Below, one piece after another: positions 51,901 through 64,000 of a stretch of 64,000 nt of DNA; the first letter of the stretch is position 1; each line of letters opens with the position of its first letter. The notes below the pieces were generated by a model, which made no database searches, had not been told where the DNA came from, and saw only the letters and a list, made by a program, of their open reading frames with translations. Source of the DNA: Auanema rhodensis (taxonomy: Eukaryota; Animalia; Nematoda); NCBI GenBank assembly GCA_964057225.1, contig OZ059900.1:3162001-3226000 (forward strand). Reading direction: 5' to 3'. Made by a program: the position numbers and the translations under genes.

Positions 51901-54900
51901 CATTTTGATCAAAAAAGGTCGAAAATAGAAAGAATTTTGGAAATGTCCGAGTTTTGAGTCCAATTTGGCTAAATCGCTCATATATATGATCAAAAGCATA
52001 GTTTTATTGTCTATAACAACAAAAGTCATCAATTAAACGCTAGTGATGTTTAAATACTGAATTTCGCTCAAATAGCATAACTACACTAAGTATGGTCGTT
52101 TTTATGCCTTTAACACCATATACTCACCGATTTTTGGTACAAAATCTGTAATACTCGTAAATTTTGATCATATTCGTTAAGATTTGAGAATCAAACACAC
52201 AATACACAAAATCAGTCAATTTTTATGAGCTTGCACTGATATATATTCATTTTGATCAAAAAAGGTCGAAAATAGAAAGAATTTTTGAAATTTCCGAGTT
52301 TTGAGTCCAATTTGGCTAAATCGCTCATATATATGATCAAAAGCATAGTTTTATTGTCTATGACAACAAAAGTCATCAATTAAACGCTAGTGATGTTTAA
52401 ATACTGAATTTCACTCAAATAGCATTACTACACTAAGTATGGTCGTTTTTATGCCTTTAACACCATATACTCACCGATTTTTGGTACAAAATCTGTAATA
52501 CTCGTAAATTTTGATCATATTCGTTAAGATTTGAGAATCAAACATACAATACACGAAATCAGTCTATTTTTATGAGCTTGCACTGATATATATTCTTTTT
52601 GATCAAAAAAAGTCGAAAATAGAAAGAATTTTTGAAATTTCCGAGTTTTGAGTCTAATTTGGCTAAATCGCTCATATATATGATCAGAAGCATAGTTGTA
52701 TTGTCTATGACAACAAAAATCATCAATTAAACGCTAGTGATGTTCAAATACTGATTTTCGCTCAAATAGCATTACTACACTAAGTATGGTCGTTTTTATG
52801 CCTTTAACACCATATACTCACCGATTTTTGGTACAAAATCTGTAATACTCGTAAATTTTGATCATATTCGTTAAGATTTGAGAATCAAACACACAATACA
52901 CAAAATCAGTCAATTTTTATGAGCTTGCACTGATATATATTCATTTTGATCAAAAAAGGTCGAAAATAGAAAGAATTTTTGAAATTTCCGAGTTTTGAGT
53001 CTAATTTGGCTAAATCGCTCATATATATGATCAGAAGCATAGTTGTATTGTCTATGACAACAAAAATCATCAATTAAACGCTAGTGATGTTCAAATACTG
53101 ATTTTCGCTCAAATAGCATTACTACACTAAGTATGGTCGTTTTTATGCCTTTAACACCATATACTCACCGATTTTTGGTACAAAATCTGTAATACTCGTA
53201 AATTTTGATCATATTCGTTAAGATTTGAGAATCAAACATACAATACACGAAATCAGTCTATTTTTATGAGCTTGCACTGATATATATTCTTTTTGATCAA
53301 AAAAAGTCGAAAATAGAAAGAATTTTTGAAATTTCCGAGTTTTGAGTCTAATTTGGCTAAATCGCTCATATATATGATCAGAAGCATAGTTGTATTGTCT
53401 ATGACAACAAAAATCATCAATTAAACGCTAGTGATGTTCAAATACTGATTTTCGCTCAAATAGCATTACTACACTAAGTATGGTCGTTTTTATGCCTTTA
53501 ACACCATATACTCACCGATTTTTGGTACAAAATCTGTAATACTCGTAAATTTTGATCATATTCGTTAAGATTTGAGAATCAAACACACAATACACAAAAT
53601 CAGTCAATTTTTATGAGCTTGCACTGATATATATTCATTTTGATCAAAAAAGGTCGAAAATAGAAAGAATTTTTGAAATTTCCGAGTTTTGAGTCCAATT
53701 TGGCTAAATCGCTCATATATATGATCAAAAGCATAGTTTTATTATCTATAACAACAAAAGTCATCAATTAAACGCTAGTGATGTTTAAATACTGAATTTC
53801 GCTCAAATAGCATAACTACACTAAGTATGGTCGTTTTTATGCCTTTAACACCATATACTCACCGATTTTTGGTACAAAATCTGTAATACTCGTAAATTTT
53901 GCTCATATTCGTTAAGATTTGAGAATCAAACATACAATACACGAAATCAGTCTATTTTTATGAGCTTGCACTGATATATATTCTTTTTGATCAAAAAAGG
54001 TCGAAAATAGAAAGAATTTTTGAAATTTCCGAGTTTTGAGTCTAATTTGGCTAAATCGCTCATATATATGATCAGAAGCATAGTTCTATTGTCTATGACA
54101 ACAAAAATCATCAATTAAACGCTAGTGATGTTCAAATACTGAATTTCACTCAAATAGCATTACTACACTAAGTATGGTCGTTTTTATGCCTTTAACACCA
54201 TATACTCACCGATTTTTGGTACAAAATCTGTAATACTCGTAAATTTTGATCATATTCGTTAAGATTTGAGAATCAAACATACAATACACGAAATCAGTCT
54301 ATTTTTATGAGCTTGCACTGATATATATTCTTTTTGATCAAAAAAGGTCGAAAATAGAAAGAATTTTTGAAATTTCCGAGTTTTGAGTCTAATTTGGCTA
54401 AATCGCTCATATATATGATCAGAAGCATAGTTCTATTGTCTATGACAACAAAAATCATCAATTAAACGCTAGTGATGTTCAAATACTGATTTTCGCTCAA
54501 ATAGCATTACTACACTAAGTATGGTCGTTTTTATGCCTTTAACACCATATACTCACCGATTTTTGGTACAAAATCTGTAATACTCGTAAATTTTGATCAT
54601 ATTCGTTAAGATTCGAAAATCAAACACACAATAAACAAAATCAGTCTATTTTTATGAGTTTGCACTGATATATATTCATTTTGATCAAAAAAGGTCGAAA
54701 ATAGAAAGAATTTTTGAATTTTCCGAGTTTTGAGTCTAATTTGGCTAAATCGCTCATATATATGATCAGAAGCATAGTTTTGTTGTCTATGACAACAAAA
54801 GTCATCAATTAAACGCTAGTGATGTTTAAATACTGATTTTCGCTCAAATAGCATTACTACACTAAGTATGGTCGTTTTTATGCCTTTAACACCATATACT

Positions 54901-57900
54901 CACCGATTTTTGGTACAAAATCTGTAATACTCGTAAATTTTGATCATATTCGTTAAGATTTGAGAATCAAACACACAATACACAAAATCAGTCTATTTTT
55001 ATGAGCTTGCACTGATATATATTCATTTTGATCAAAAAAGGTCGAAAATAGAAAGAATTTTTAAAATTTCCGAGTTTTGAGTCCAATTTGGCTAAATCGC
55101 TCATATATATGATCAAAAGCATAGTTTTATTGTCTATAACAACAAAAGTCATCAATTAAACGCTAGTGATGTTTAAATACTGAATTTCGCTCAAATAGCA
55201 TTACTACACTAAGTATGGTCGTTTTTATGCCTTTAACACCATATACTCACCGATTTTTGGTACAAAATCTGTAATACTCGTAAATTTTGCTCATATTCGT
55301 TAAGATTTGAGAATCAAACATACAATACACGAAATCAGTCTATTTTTATGAGCTTGCACTGATATATATTCTTTTTGATCAAAAAAGGTCGAAAATAGAA
55401 AGAATTTTTGAAATTTCCGAGTTTTGAGTCTAATTTGGCTAAATCGCTCATATATATGATCAGAAGCATAGTTCTATTGTCTATGACAACAAAAATCATC
55501 AATTAAACGCTAGTGATGTTCAAATACTGAATTTCACTCAAATAGCATTACTACACTAAGTATGGTCGTTTTTATGCCTTTAACACCATATACTCACCGA
55601 TTTTTGGTACAAAATCTGTAATACTCGTAAATTTTGATCATATTCGTTAAGATTTGAGAATCAAACATACAATACACGAAATCAGTCTATTTTTATGAGC
55701 TTGCACTGATATATATTCTTTTTGATCAAAAAAGGTCGAAAATAGAAAGAATTTTTGAAATTTCCGAGTTTTGAGTCTAATTTGGCTAAATCGCTCATAT
55801 ATATGATCAGAAGCATAGTTCTATTGTCTATGACAACAAAAATCATCAATTAAACGCTAGTGATGTTCAAATACTGATTTTCGCTCAAATAGCATTACTA
55901 CACTAAGTATGGTCGTTTTTATGCCTTTAACACCATATACTCACCGATTTTTGGTACAAAATCTGTAATACTCGTAAATTTTGATCATATTCGTTAAGAT
56001 TCGAAAATCAAACACACAATAAACAAAATCAGTCTATTTTTATGAGTTTGCACTGATATATATTCATTTTGATCAAAAAAGGTCGAAAATAGAAAGAATT
56101 TTTGAATTTTCCGAGTTTTGAGTCTAATTTGGCTAAATCGCTCATATATATGATCAGAAGCATAGTTTTGTTGTCTATGACAACAAAAGTCATCAATTAA
56201 ACGCTAGTGATGTTTAAATACTGATTTTCGCTCAAATAGCATTACTACACTAAGTATGGTCGTTTTTATGCCTTTAACACCATATACTCACCGATTTTTG
56301 GTACAAAATCTGTAATACTCGTAAATTTTGATCATATTCGTTAAGATTTGAGAATCAAACACACAATACACAAAATCAGTCTATTTTTATGAGCTTGCAC
56401 TGATATATATTCATTTTGATCAAAAAAGGTCGAAAATAGAAAGAATTTTTAAAATTTCCGAGTTTTGAGTCCAATTTGGCTAAATCGCTCATATATATGA
56501 TCAAAAGCATAGTTTTATTGTCTATAACAACAAAAGTCATCAATTAAACGCTAGTGATGTTTAAATACTGAATTTCGCTCAAATAGCATTACTACACTAA
56601 GTATGGTCGTTTTTATGCCTTTAACACCATATACTCACCGATTTTTGGTACAAAATCTGTAATACTCGTAAATTTTGATCATATTCGTTAAGATTTGAGA
56701 ATCAAACATACAATACACAAAATCAGTCTATTTTTATGAGCTTGCACTGATATATATTCATTTTGATCAAAAAAGGTCGAAAATAGAAAGAATTTTTGAA
56801 ATTTCCGAGTTTTGAGTCTAATTTGGCTAAATCGCTCATATATATGATCAGAAGCATAGTTTTATTGTCTATGACAACAAAAGTCATCAATTAAACGCTA
56901 GTGATGTTTAAATACTGATTTTCGCTCAAATAGCATTACTACACTAAGTATGGTCGTTTTTATGCCTTTAACACCATATACTCACCGATTTTTGGTACAA
57001 AATCTGTAATACTCGTAAATTTTGATCATATTCGTTAAGATTTGAAAATCAAACACACAATAAACAAAATCAGTCTATTTTTTTGAGTTTGCACTGATAT
57101 ATATTCATTTCGATCGAAAAAGGTCAAAAATAGAAAGAATTTTTGAATTTTCCGAGTTTTGAGTCCAATTGGGCTAAATCGCTCATATATATGATCAAAA
57201 GCATAGTTTTATTGTCTATGACAACAAAAGTCATTAATTAAACACTAATGATGTTTAAATCACTAAATTTCGCTCAAATAGCATTACTACACTAAGTATG
57301 GTCGTTTTTATGCCTTTAACACCATATACTCACCGATTTTTGGTACAAAATCTGTAATACTCGTAAATTTTGATCATATTCGTTAAGATTTGAGAATCAA
57401 ACACACAATACACAAAATCAGTCTATTTTTATGAGCTTGCACTGATATATATTCATTTTGATCAAAAAAGGTCGAAAATAGAAAGAATTTTTGAAATTTC
57501 CGAGTTTTGAGTCTAATTTGGCTAAATCGCTCATATATATGATCAGAAGCATAGTTCTATTGTCTATGACAACAAAAATCATCAATTAAACGCTAGTGAT
57601 GTTCAAATACTGATTTTCGCTCAAATAGCATTACTACACTAAGTATGGTCGTTTTTATGCCTTTAACACCATATACTCACCGATTTTTGGTACAAAATCT
57701 GTAATACTCGTAAATTTTGATCATATTCGTTAAGATTCGAAAATCAAACACACAATAAACAAAATCAGTCTATTTTTATGAGTTTGCACTGATATATATT
57801 CATTTTGATCAAAAAAGGTCGAAAATAGAAAGAATTTTTGAATTTTCCGAGTTTTGAGTCTAATTTGGCTAAATCGCTCATATATATGATCAGAAGCATA

Positions 57901-60900
57901 GTTTTGTTGTCTATGACAACAAAAGTCATCAATTAAACGCTAGTGATGTTTAAATACTGATTTTCGCTCAAATAGCATTACTACACTAAGTATGGTCGTT
58001 TTTATGCCTTTAACACCATATACTCACCGATTTTTGGTACAAAATCTGTAATACTCGTAAATTTTGATCATATTCGTTAAGATTTGAGAATCAAACACAC
58101 AATACACAAAATCAGTCTATTTTTATGAGCTTGCACTGATATATATTCATTTTGATCAAAAAAGGTCGAAAATAGAAAGAATTTTTAAAATTTCCGAGTT
58201 TTGAGTCCAATTTGGCTAAATCGCTCATATATATGATCAAAAGCATAGTTTTATTGTCTATAACAACAAAAGTCATCAATTAAACGCTAGTGATGTTTAA
58301 ATACTGAATTTCGCTCAAATAGCATTACTACACTAAGTATGGTCGTTTTTATGCCTTTAACACCATATACTCACCGATTTTTGGTACAAAATCTGTAATA
58401 CTCGTAAATTTTGCTCATATTCGTTAAGATTTGAGAATCAAACATACAATACACGAAATCAGTCTATTTTTATGAGCTTGCACTGATATATATTCTTTTT
58501 GATCAAAAAAGGTCGAAAATAGAAAGAATTTTTGAAATTTCCGAGTTTTGAGTCTAATTTGGCTAAATCGCTCATATATATGATCAGAAGCATAGTTCTA
58601 TTGTCTATGACAACAAAAATCATCAATTAAACGCTAGTGATGTTCAAATACTGAATTTCACTCAAATAGCATTACTACACTAAGTATGGTCGTTTTTATG
58701 CCTTTAACACCATATACTCACCGATTTTTGGTACAAAATCTGTAATACTCGTAAATTTTGATCATATTCGTTAAGATTTGAGAATCAAACATACAATACA
58801 CGAAATCAGTCTATTTTTATGAGCTTGCACTGATATATATTCTTTTTGATCAAAAAAGGTCGAAAATAGAAAGAATTTTTGAAATTTCCGAGTTTTGAGT
58901 CTAATTTGGCTAAATCGCTCATATATATGATCAGAAGCATAGTTCTATTGTCTATGACAACAAAAATCATCAATTAAACGCTAGTGATGTTCAAATACTG
59001 ATTTTCGCTCAAATAGCATTACTACACTAAGTATGGTCGTTTTTATGCCTTTAACACCATATACTCACCGATTTTTGGTACAAAATCTGTAATACTCGTA
59101 AATTTTGATCATATTCGTTAAGATTCGAAAATCAAACACACAATAAACAAAATCAGTCTATTTTTATGAGTTTGCACTGATATATATTCATTTTGATCAA
59201 AAAAGGTCGAAAATAGAAAGAATTTTTGAATTTTCCGAGTTTTGAGTCTAATTTGGCTAAATCGCTCATATATATGATCAGAAGCATAGTTTTGTTGTCT
59301 ATGACAACAAAAGTCATCAATTAAACGCTAGTGATGTTTAAATACTGATTTTCGCTCAAATAGCATTACTACACTAAGTATGGTCGTTTTTATGCCTTTA
59401 ACACCATATACTCACCGATTTTTGGTACAAAATCTGTAATACTCGTAAATTTTGATCATATTCGTTAAGATTTGAGAATCAAACACACAATACACAAAAT
59501 CAGTCTATTTTTATGAGCTTGCACTGATATATATTCATTTTGATCAAAAAAGGTCGAAAATAGAAAGAATTTTTAAAATTTCCGAGTTTTGAGTCCAATT
59601 TGGCTAAATCGCTCATATATATGATCAAAAGCATAGTTTTATTGTCTATAACAACAAAAGTCATCAATTAAACGCTAGTGATGTTTAAATACTGAATTTC
59701 GCTCAAATAGCATTACTACACTAAGTATGGTCGTTTTTATGCCTTTAACACCATATACTCACCGATTTTTGGTACAAAATCTGTAATACTCGTAAATTTT
59801 GATCATATTCGTTAAGATTTGAGAATCAAACATACAATACACAAAATCAGTCTATTTTTATGAGCTTGCACTGATATATATTCATTTTGATCAAAAAAGG
59901 TCGAAAATAGAAAGAATTTTTGAAATTTCCGAGTTTTGAGTCTAATTTGGCTAAATCGCTCATATATATGATCAGAAGCATAGTTTTATTGTCTATGACA
60001 ACAAAAGTCATCAATTAAACGCTAGTGATGTTTAAATACTGATTTTCGCTCAAATAGCATTACTACACTAAGTATGGTCGTTTTTATGCCTTTAACACCA
60101 TATACTCACCGATTTTTGGTACAAAATCTGTAATACTCGTAAATTTTGATCATATTCGTTAAGATTTGAAAATCAAACACACAATAAACAAAATCAGTCT
60201 ATTTTTTTGAGTTTGCACTGATATATATTCATTTCGATCGAAAAAGGTCAAAAATAGAAAGAATTTTTGAATTTTCCGAGTTTTGAGTCCAATTGGGCTA
60301 AATCGCTCATATATATGATCAAAAGCATAGTTTTATTGTCTATGACAACAAAAGTCATTAATTAAACACTAATGATGTTTAAATCACTAAATTTCGCTCA
60401 AATAGCATTACTACACTAAGTATGGTCGTTTTTATGCCTTTAACACCATATACTCACCGATTTTTGGTACAAAATCTGTAATACTCGTAAATTTTGATCA
60501 TATTCGTTAAGATTTGAGAATCAAACACACAATACACAAAATCAGTCTATTTTTATGAGCTTGCACTGATATATATTCATTTTGATCAAAAAAGATCGAA
60601 AAAAGAAAGAATTTTTGAAATTTCCGAGTTTTGAGTCCAATTTGGCTAAATCGCTCATATATATGATCAAAAGCATAGTTTTATTGTCTATAACAACAAA
60701 AGTCATCAATTAAACGCTAGTGATGTTTTAATACTGAATTTCGCTCAAATAGCATTACTACACTAAGTATGGTCGTTTTTATGCCTTTAACACCATATAC
60801 TCACCGATTTTTGGTACAAAATCTGTAATACTTGTAAATTTTGATCATATTTGTTAAGATTTGAGAATCAAACACACAATACACAAAATCAGTCTATTTT

Positions 60901-63900
60901 TATGAGTTTGCACTGATATATATTCATTTTGATCAAAAAAGGTCGAAAATAGAAAGAATTTTGGAAATGTCCGAGTTTTGAGTCCAATTTGGCTAAATCG
61001 CTCATATATATGATCAAAAGCATAGTTTTATTGTCTATAACAACAAAAGTCATCAATTAAACGCTAGTGATGTTTAAATACTGAATTTCGCTCAAATAGC
61101 ATTACTACACTAAGTATGGTCGTTTTTATGCCTTTAACACCATATACTCACCGATTTTTGGTACAAAATCTGTAATACTTGTAAATTTTGATCATATTCG
61201 TTAAGATTCGAAAATCAAACACACAATAAACAAAATCAGTCTATTTTTATGAGTTTGCACTGATATATATTCATTTTGATCAAAAAAGGTCGAAAATAGA
61301 AAGAATTTTTGAATTTTCCGAGTTTTGAGTCTAATTTGGCTAAATCGCTCATATATATGATCAGAAGCATAGTTTTGTTGTCTATGACAACAAAAGTCAT
61401 CAATTAAACGCTAGTGATGTTTAAATACTGATTTTCGCTCAAATAGCATTACTACACTAAGTATGGTCGTTTTTATGCCTTTAACACCATATACTCACCG
61501 ATTTTTGGTACAAAATCTGTAATACTCGTAAATTTTGATCATATTCGTTAAGATTTGAGAATCAAACACACAATACACAAAATCAGTCTATTTTTATGAG
61601 CTTGCACTGATATATATTCATTTTGATCAAAAAAGGTCGAAAATAGAAAGAATTTTTAAAATTTCCGAGTTTTGAGTCCAATTTGGCTAAATCGCTCATA
61701 TATATGATCAAAAGCATAGTTTTATTGTCTATGACAACAAAAGTCATTAATTAAACACTAATGATGTTTAAATCACTAAATTTCGCTCAAATAGCATTAC
61801 TACACTAAGTATGGTCGTTTTTATGCCTTTAACACCATATACTCACCGATTTTTGGTACAAAATCTGTAATACTCGTAAATTTTGATCATATTCGTTAAG
61901 ATTTGAGAATCAAACACACAATACACAAAATCAGTCTATTTTTATGAGCTTGCACTGATATATATTCATTTTGATCAAAAAAGATCGAAAAAAGAAAGAA
62001 TTTTTGAAATTTCCGAGTTTTGAGTCCAATTTGGCTAAATCGCTCATATATATGATCAAAAGCATAGTTTTATTGTCTATAACAACAAAAGTCATCAATT
62101 AAACGCTAGTGATGTTTTAATACTGAATTTCGCTCAAATAGCATTACTACACTAAGTATGGTCGTTTTTATGCCTTTAACACCATATACTCACCGATTTT
62201 TGGTACAAAATCTGTAATACTTGTAAATTTTGATCATATTTGTTAAGATTTGAGAATCAAACACACAATACACAAAATCAGTCTATTTTTATGAGTTTGC
62301 ACTGATATATATTCATTTTGATCAAAAAAGGTCGAAAATAGAAAGAATTTTGGAAATGTCCGAGTTTTGAGTCCAATTTGGCTAAATCGCTCATATATAT
62401 GATCAAAAGCATAGTTTTATTGTCTATAACAACAAAAGTCATCAATTAAACGCTAGTGATGTTTAAATACTGAATTTCGCTCAAATAGCATTACTACACT
62501 AAGTATGGTCGTTTTTATGCCTTTAACACCATATACTCACCGATTTTTGGTACAAAATCTGTAATACTCGTAAATTTTGATCATATTCGTTAAGATTCGA
62601 AAATCAAACACACAATAAACAAAATCAGTCTATTTTTATGAGTTTGCACTGATATATATTCATTTTGATCAAAAAAGGTCGAAAATAGAAAGAATTTTTG
62701 AATTTTCCGAGTTTTGAGTCTAATTTGGCTAAATCGCTCATATATATGATCAGAAGCATAGTTTTGTTGTCTATGACAACAAAAGTCATCAATTAAACGC
62801 TAGTGATGTTTAAATACTGATTTTCGCTCAAATAGCATTACTACACTAAGTATGGTCGTTTTTATGCCTTTAACACCATATACTCACCGATTTTTGGTAC
62901 AAAATCTGTAATACTCGTAAATTTTGATCATATTCGTTAAGATTTGAGAATCAAACACACAATACACAAAATCAGTCTATTTTTATGAGCTTGCACTGAT
63001 ATATATTCATTTTGATCAAAAAAGGTCGAAAATAGAAAGAATTTTTAAAATTTCCGAGTTTTGAGTCCAATTTGGCTAAATCGCTCATATATATGATCAA
63101 AAGCATAGTTTTATTGTCTATAACAACAAAAGTCATCAATTAAACGCTAGTGATGTTTAAATACTGAATTTCGCTCAAATAGCATTACTACACTAAGTAT
63201 GGTCGTTTTTATGCCTTTAACACCATATACTCACCGATTTTTGGTACAAAATCTGTAATACTCGTAAATTTTCATCATATTCGTTAAGATTTGAGAATCA
63301 AACATACAATACACAAAATCAGTCTATTTTTATGAGCTTGCACTGATATATATTCATTTTGATCAAAAAAGGTCGAAAATAGAAAGAATTTTTGAAATTT
63401 CCGAGTTTTGAGTCTAATTTGGCTAAATCGCTCATATATATGATCAGAAGCATAGTTTTATTGTCTATGACAACAAAAGTCATCAATTAAACGCTAGTGA
63501 TGTTTAAATACTGATTTTCGCTCAAATAGCATTACTACACTAAGTATGGTCGTTTTTATGCCTTTAACACCATATACTCACCGATTTTTGGTACAAAATC
63601 TGTAATACTCGTAAATTTTGATCATATTCGTTAAGATTTGAAAATCAAACACACAATAAACAAAATCAGTCTATTTTTTTGAGTTTGCACTGATATATAT
63701 TCATTTCGATCGAAAAAGGTCAAAAATAGAAAGAATTTTTGAATTTTCCGAGTTTTGAGTCCAATTGGGCTAAATCGCTCATATATATGATCAAAAGCAT
63801 AGTTTTATTGTCTATGACAACAAAAGTCATTAATTAAACACTAATGATGTTTAAATCACTAAATTTCGCTCAAATAGCATTACTACACTAAGTATGGTCG

Positions 63901-64000
63901 TTTTTATGCCTTTAACACCATATACTCACCGATTTTTGGTACAAAATCTGTAATACTCGTAAATTTTGATCATATTCGTTAAGATTTGAGAATCAAACAC
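42916..64000 (-). repeat. 347/348-bp satellite, block 5 (orientation B, ~61 monomers, runs off the window)
   Basis: Head-to-tail monomers from TTTCCGAGTTTTGAG at 42916 to the window end. Confidence 0.98.

Noticed and set aside
1-64000. CRISPR array, rDNA/5S or spliced-leader gene array
   Set aside because: No unique spacers; the monomer shows no similarity I recognise to 5S rRNA, SL1, snRNA or tRNA.

Overview
Eukaryotic, most likely nematode, heterochromatin-type DNA. About 55 kb is an AT-rich tandem satellite with a 347-bp (sometimes 348-bp) monomer, roughly 158 copies. The array switches orientation at about 2605-2616, 40658-40663 and 42915, and carries local multi-monomer duplications. 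One complete 9157-bp BEL/Pao (Belpaoviridae) LTR retroelement is inserted on the minus strand at 29247-38403. It has two 450-bp LTRs that are identical by eye, a 5-bp TSD (TAAAT), a tRNA-Gly-type PBS and a single intact 2763-aa Gag-PR-RT-RNaseH-IN-Env polyprotein with a phlebovirus-like Gn/Gc envelope. Two observations stand out. (1) A 21-nt box in U5 is complementary to the 5' end of tRNA-Gly(GCC); with the PBS it could clamp both ends of the primer tRNA, and each site overlaps one of the first two in-frame AUGs. (2) A ~248-aa domain I do not recognise follows Gc behind a third signal-like segment and carries a heptad helix, a KDTQT dynein-light-chain-type motif and basic NLS-like patches. 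No host genes are seen.
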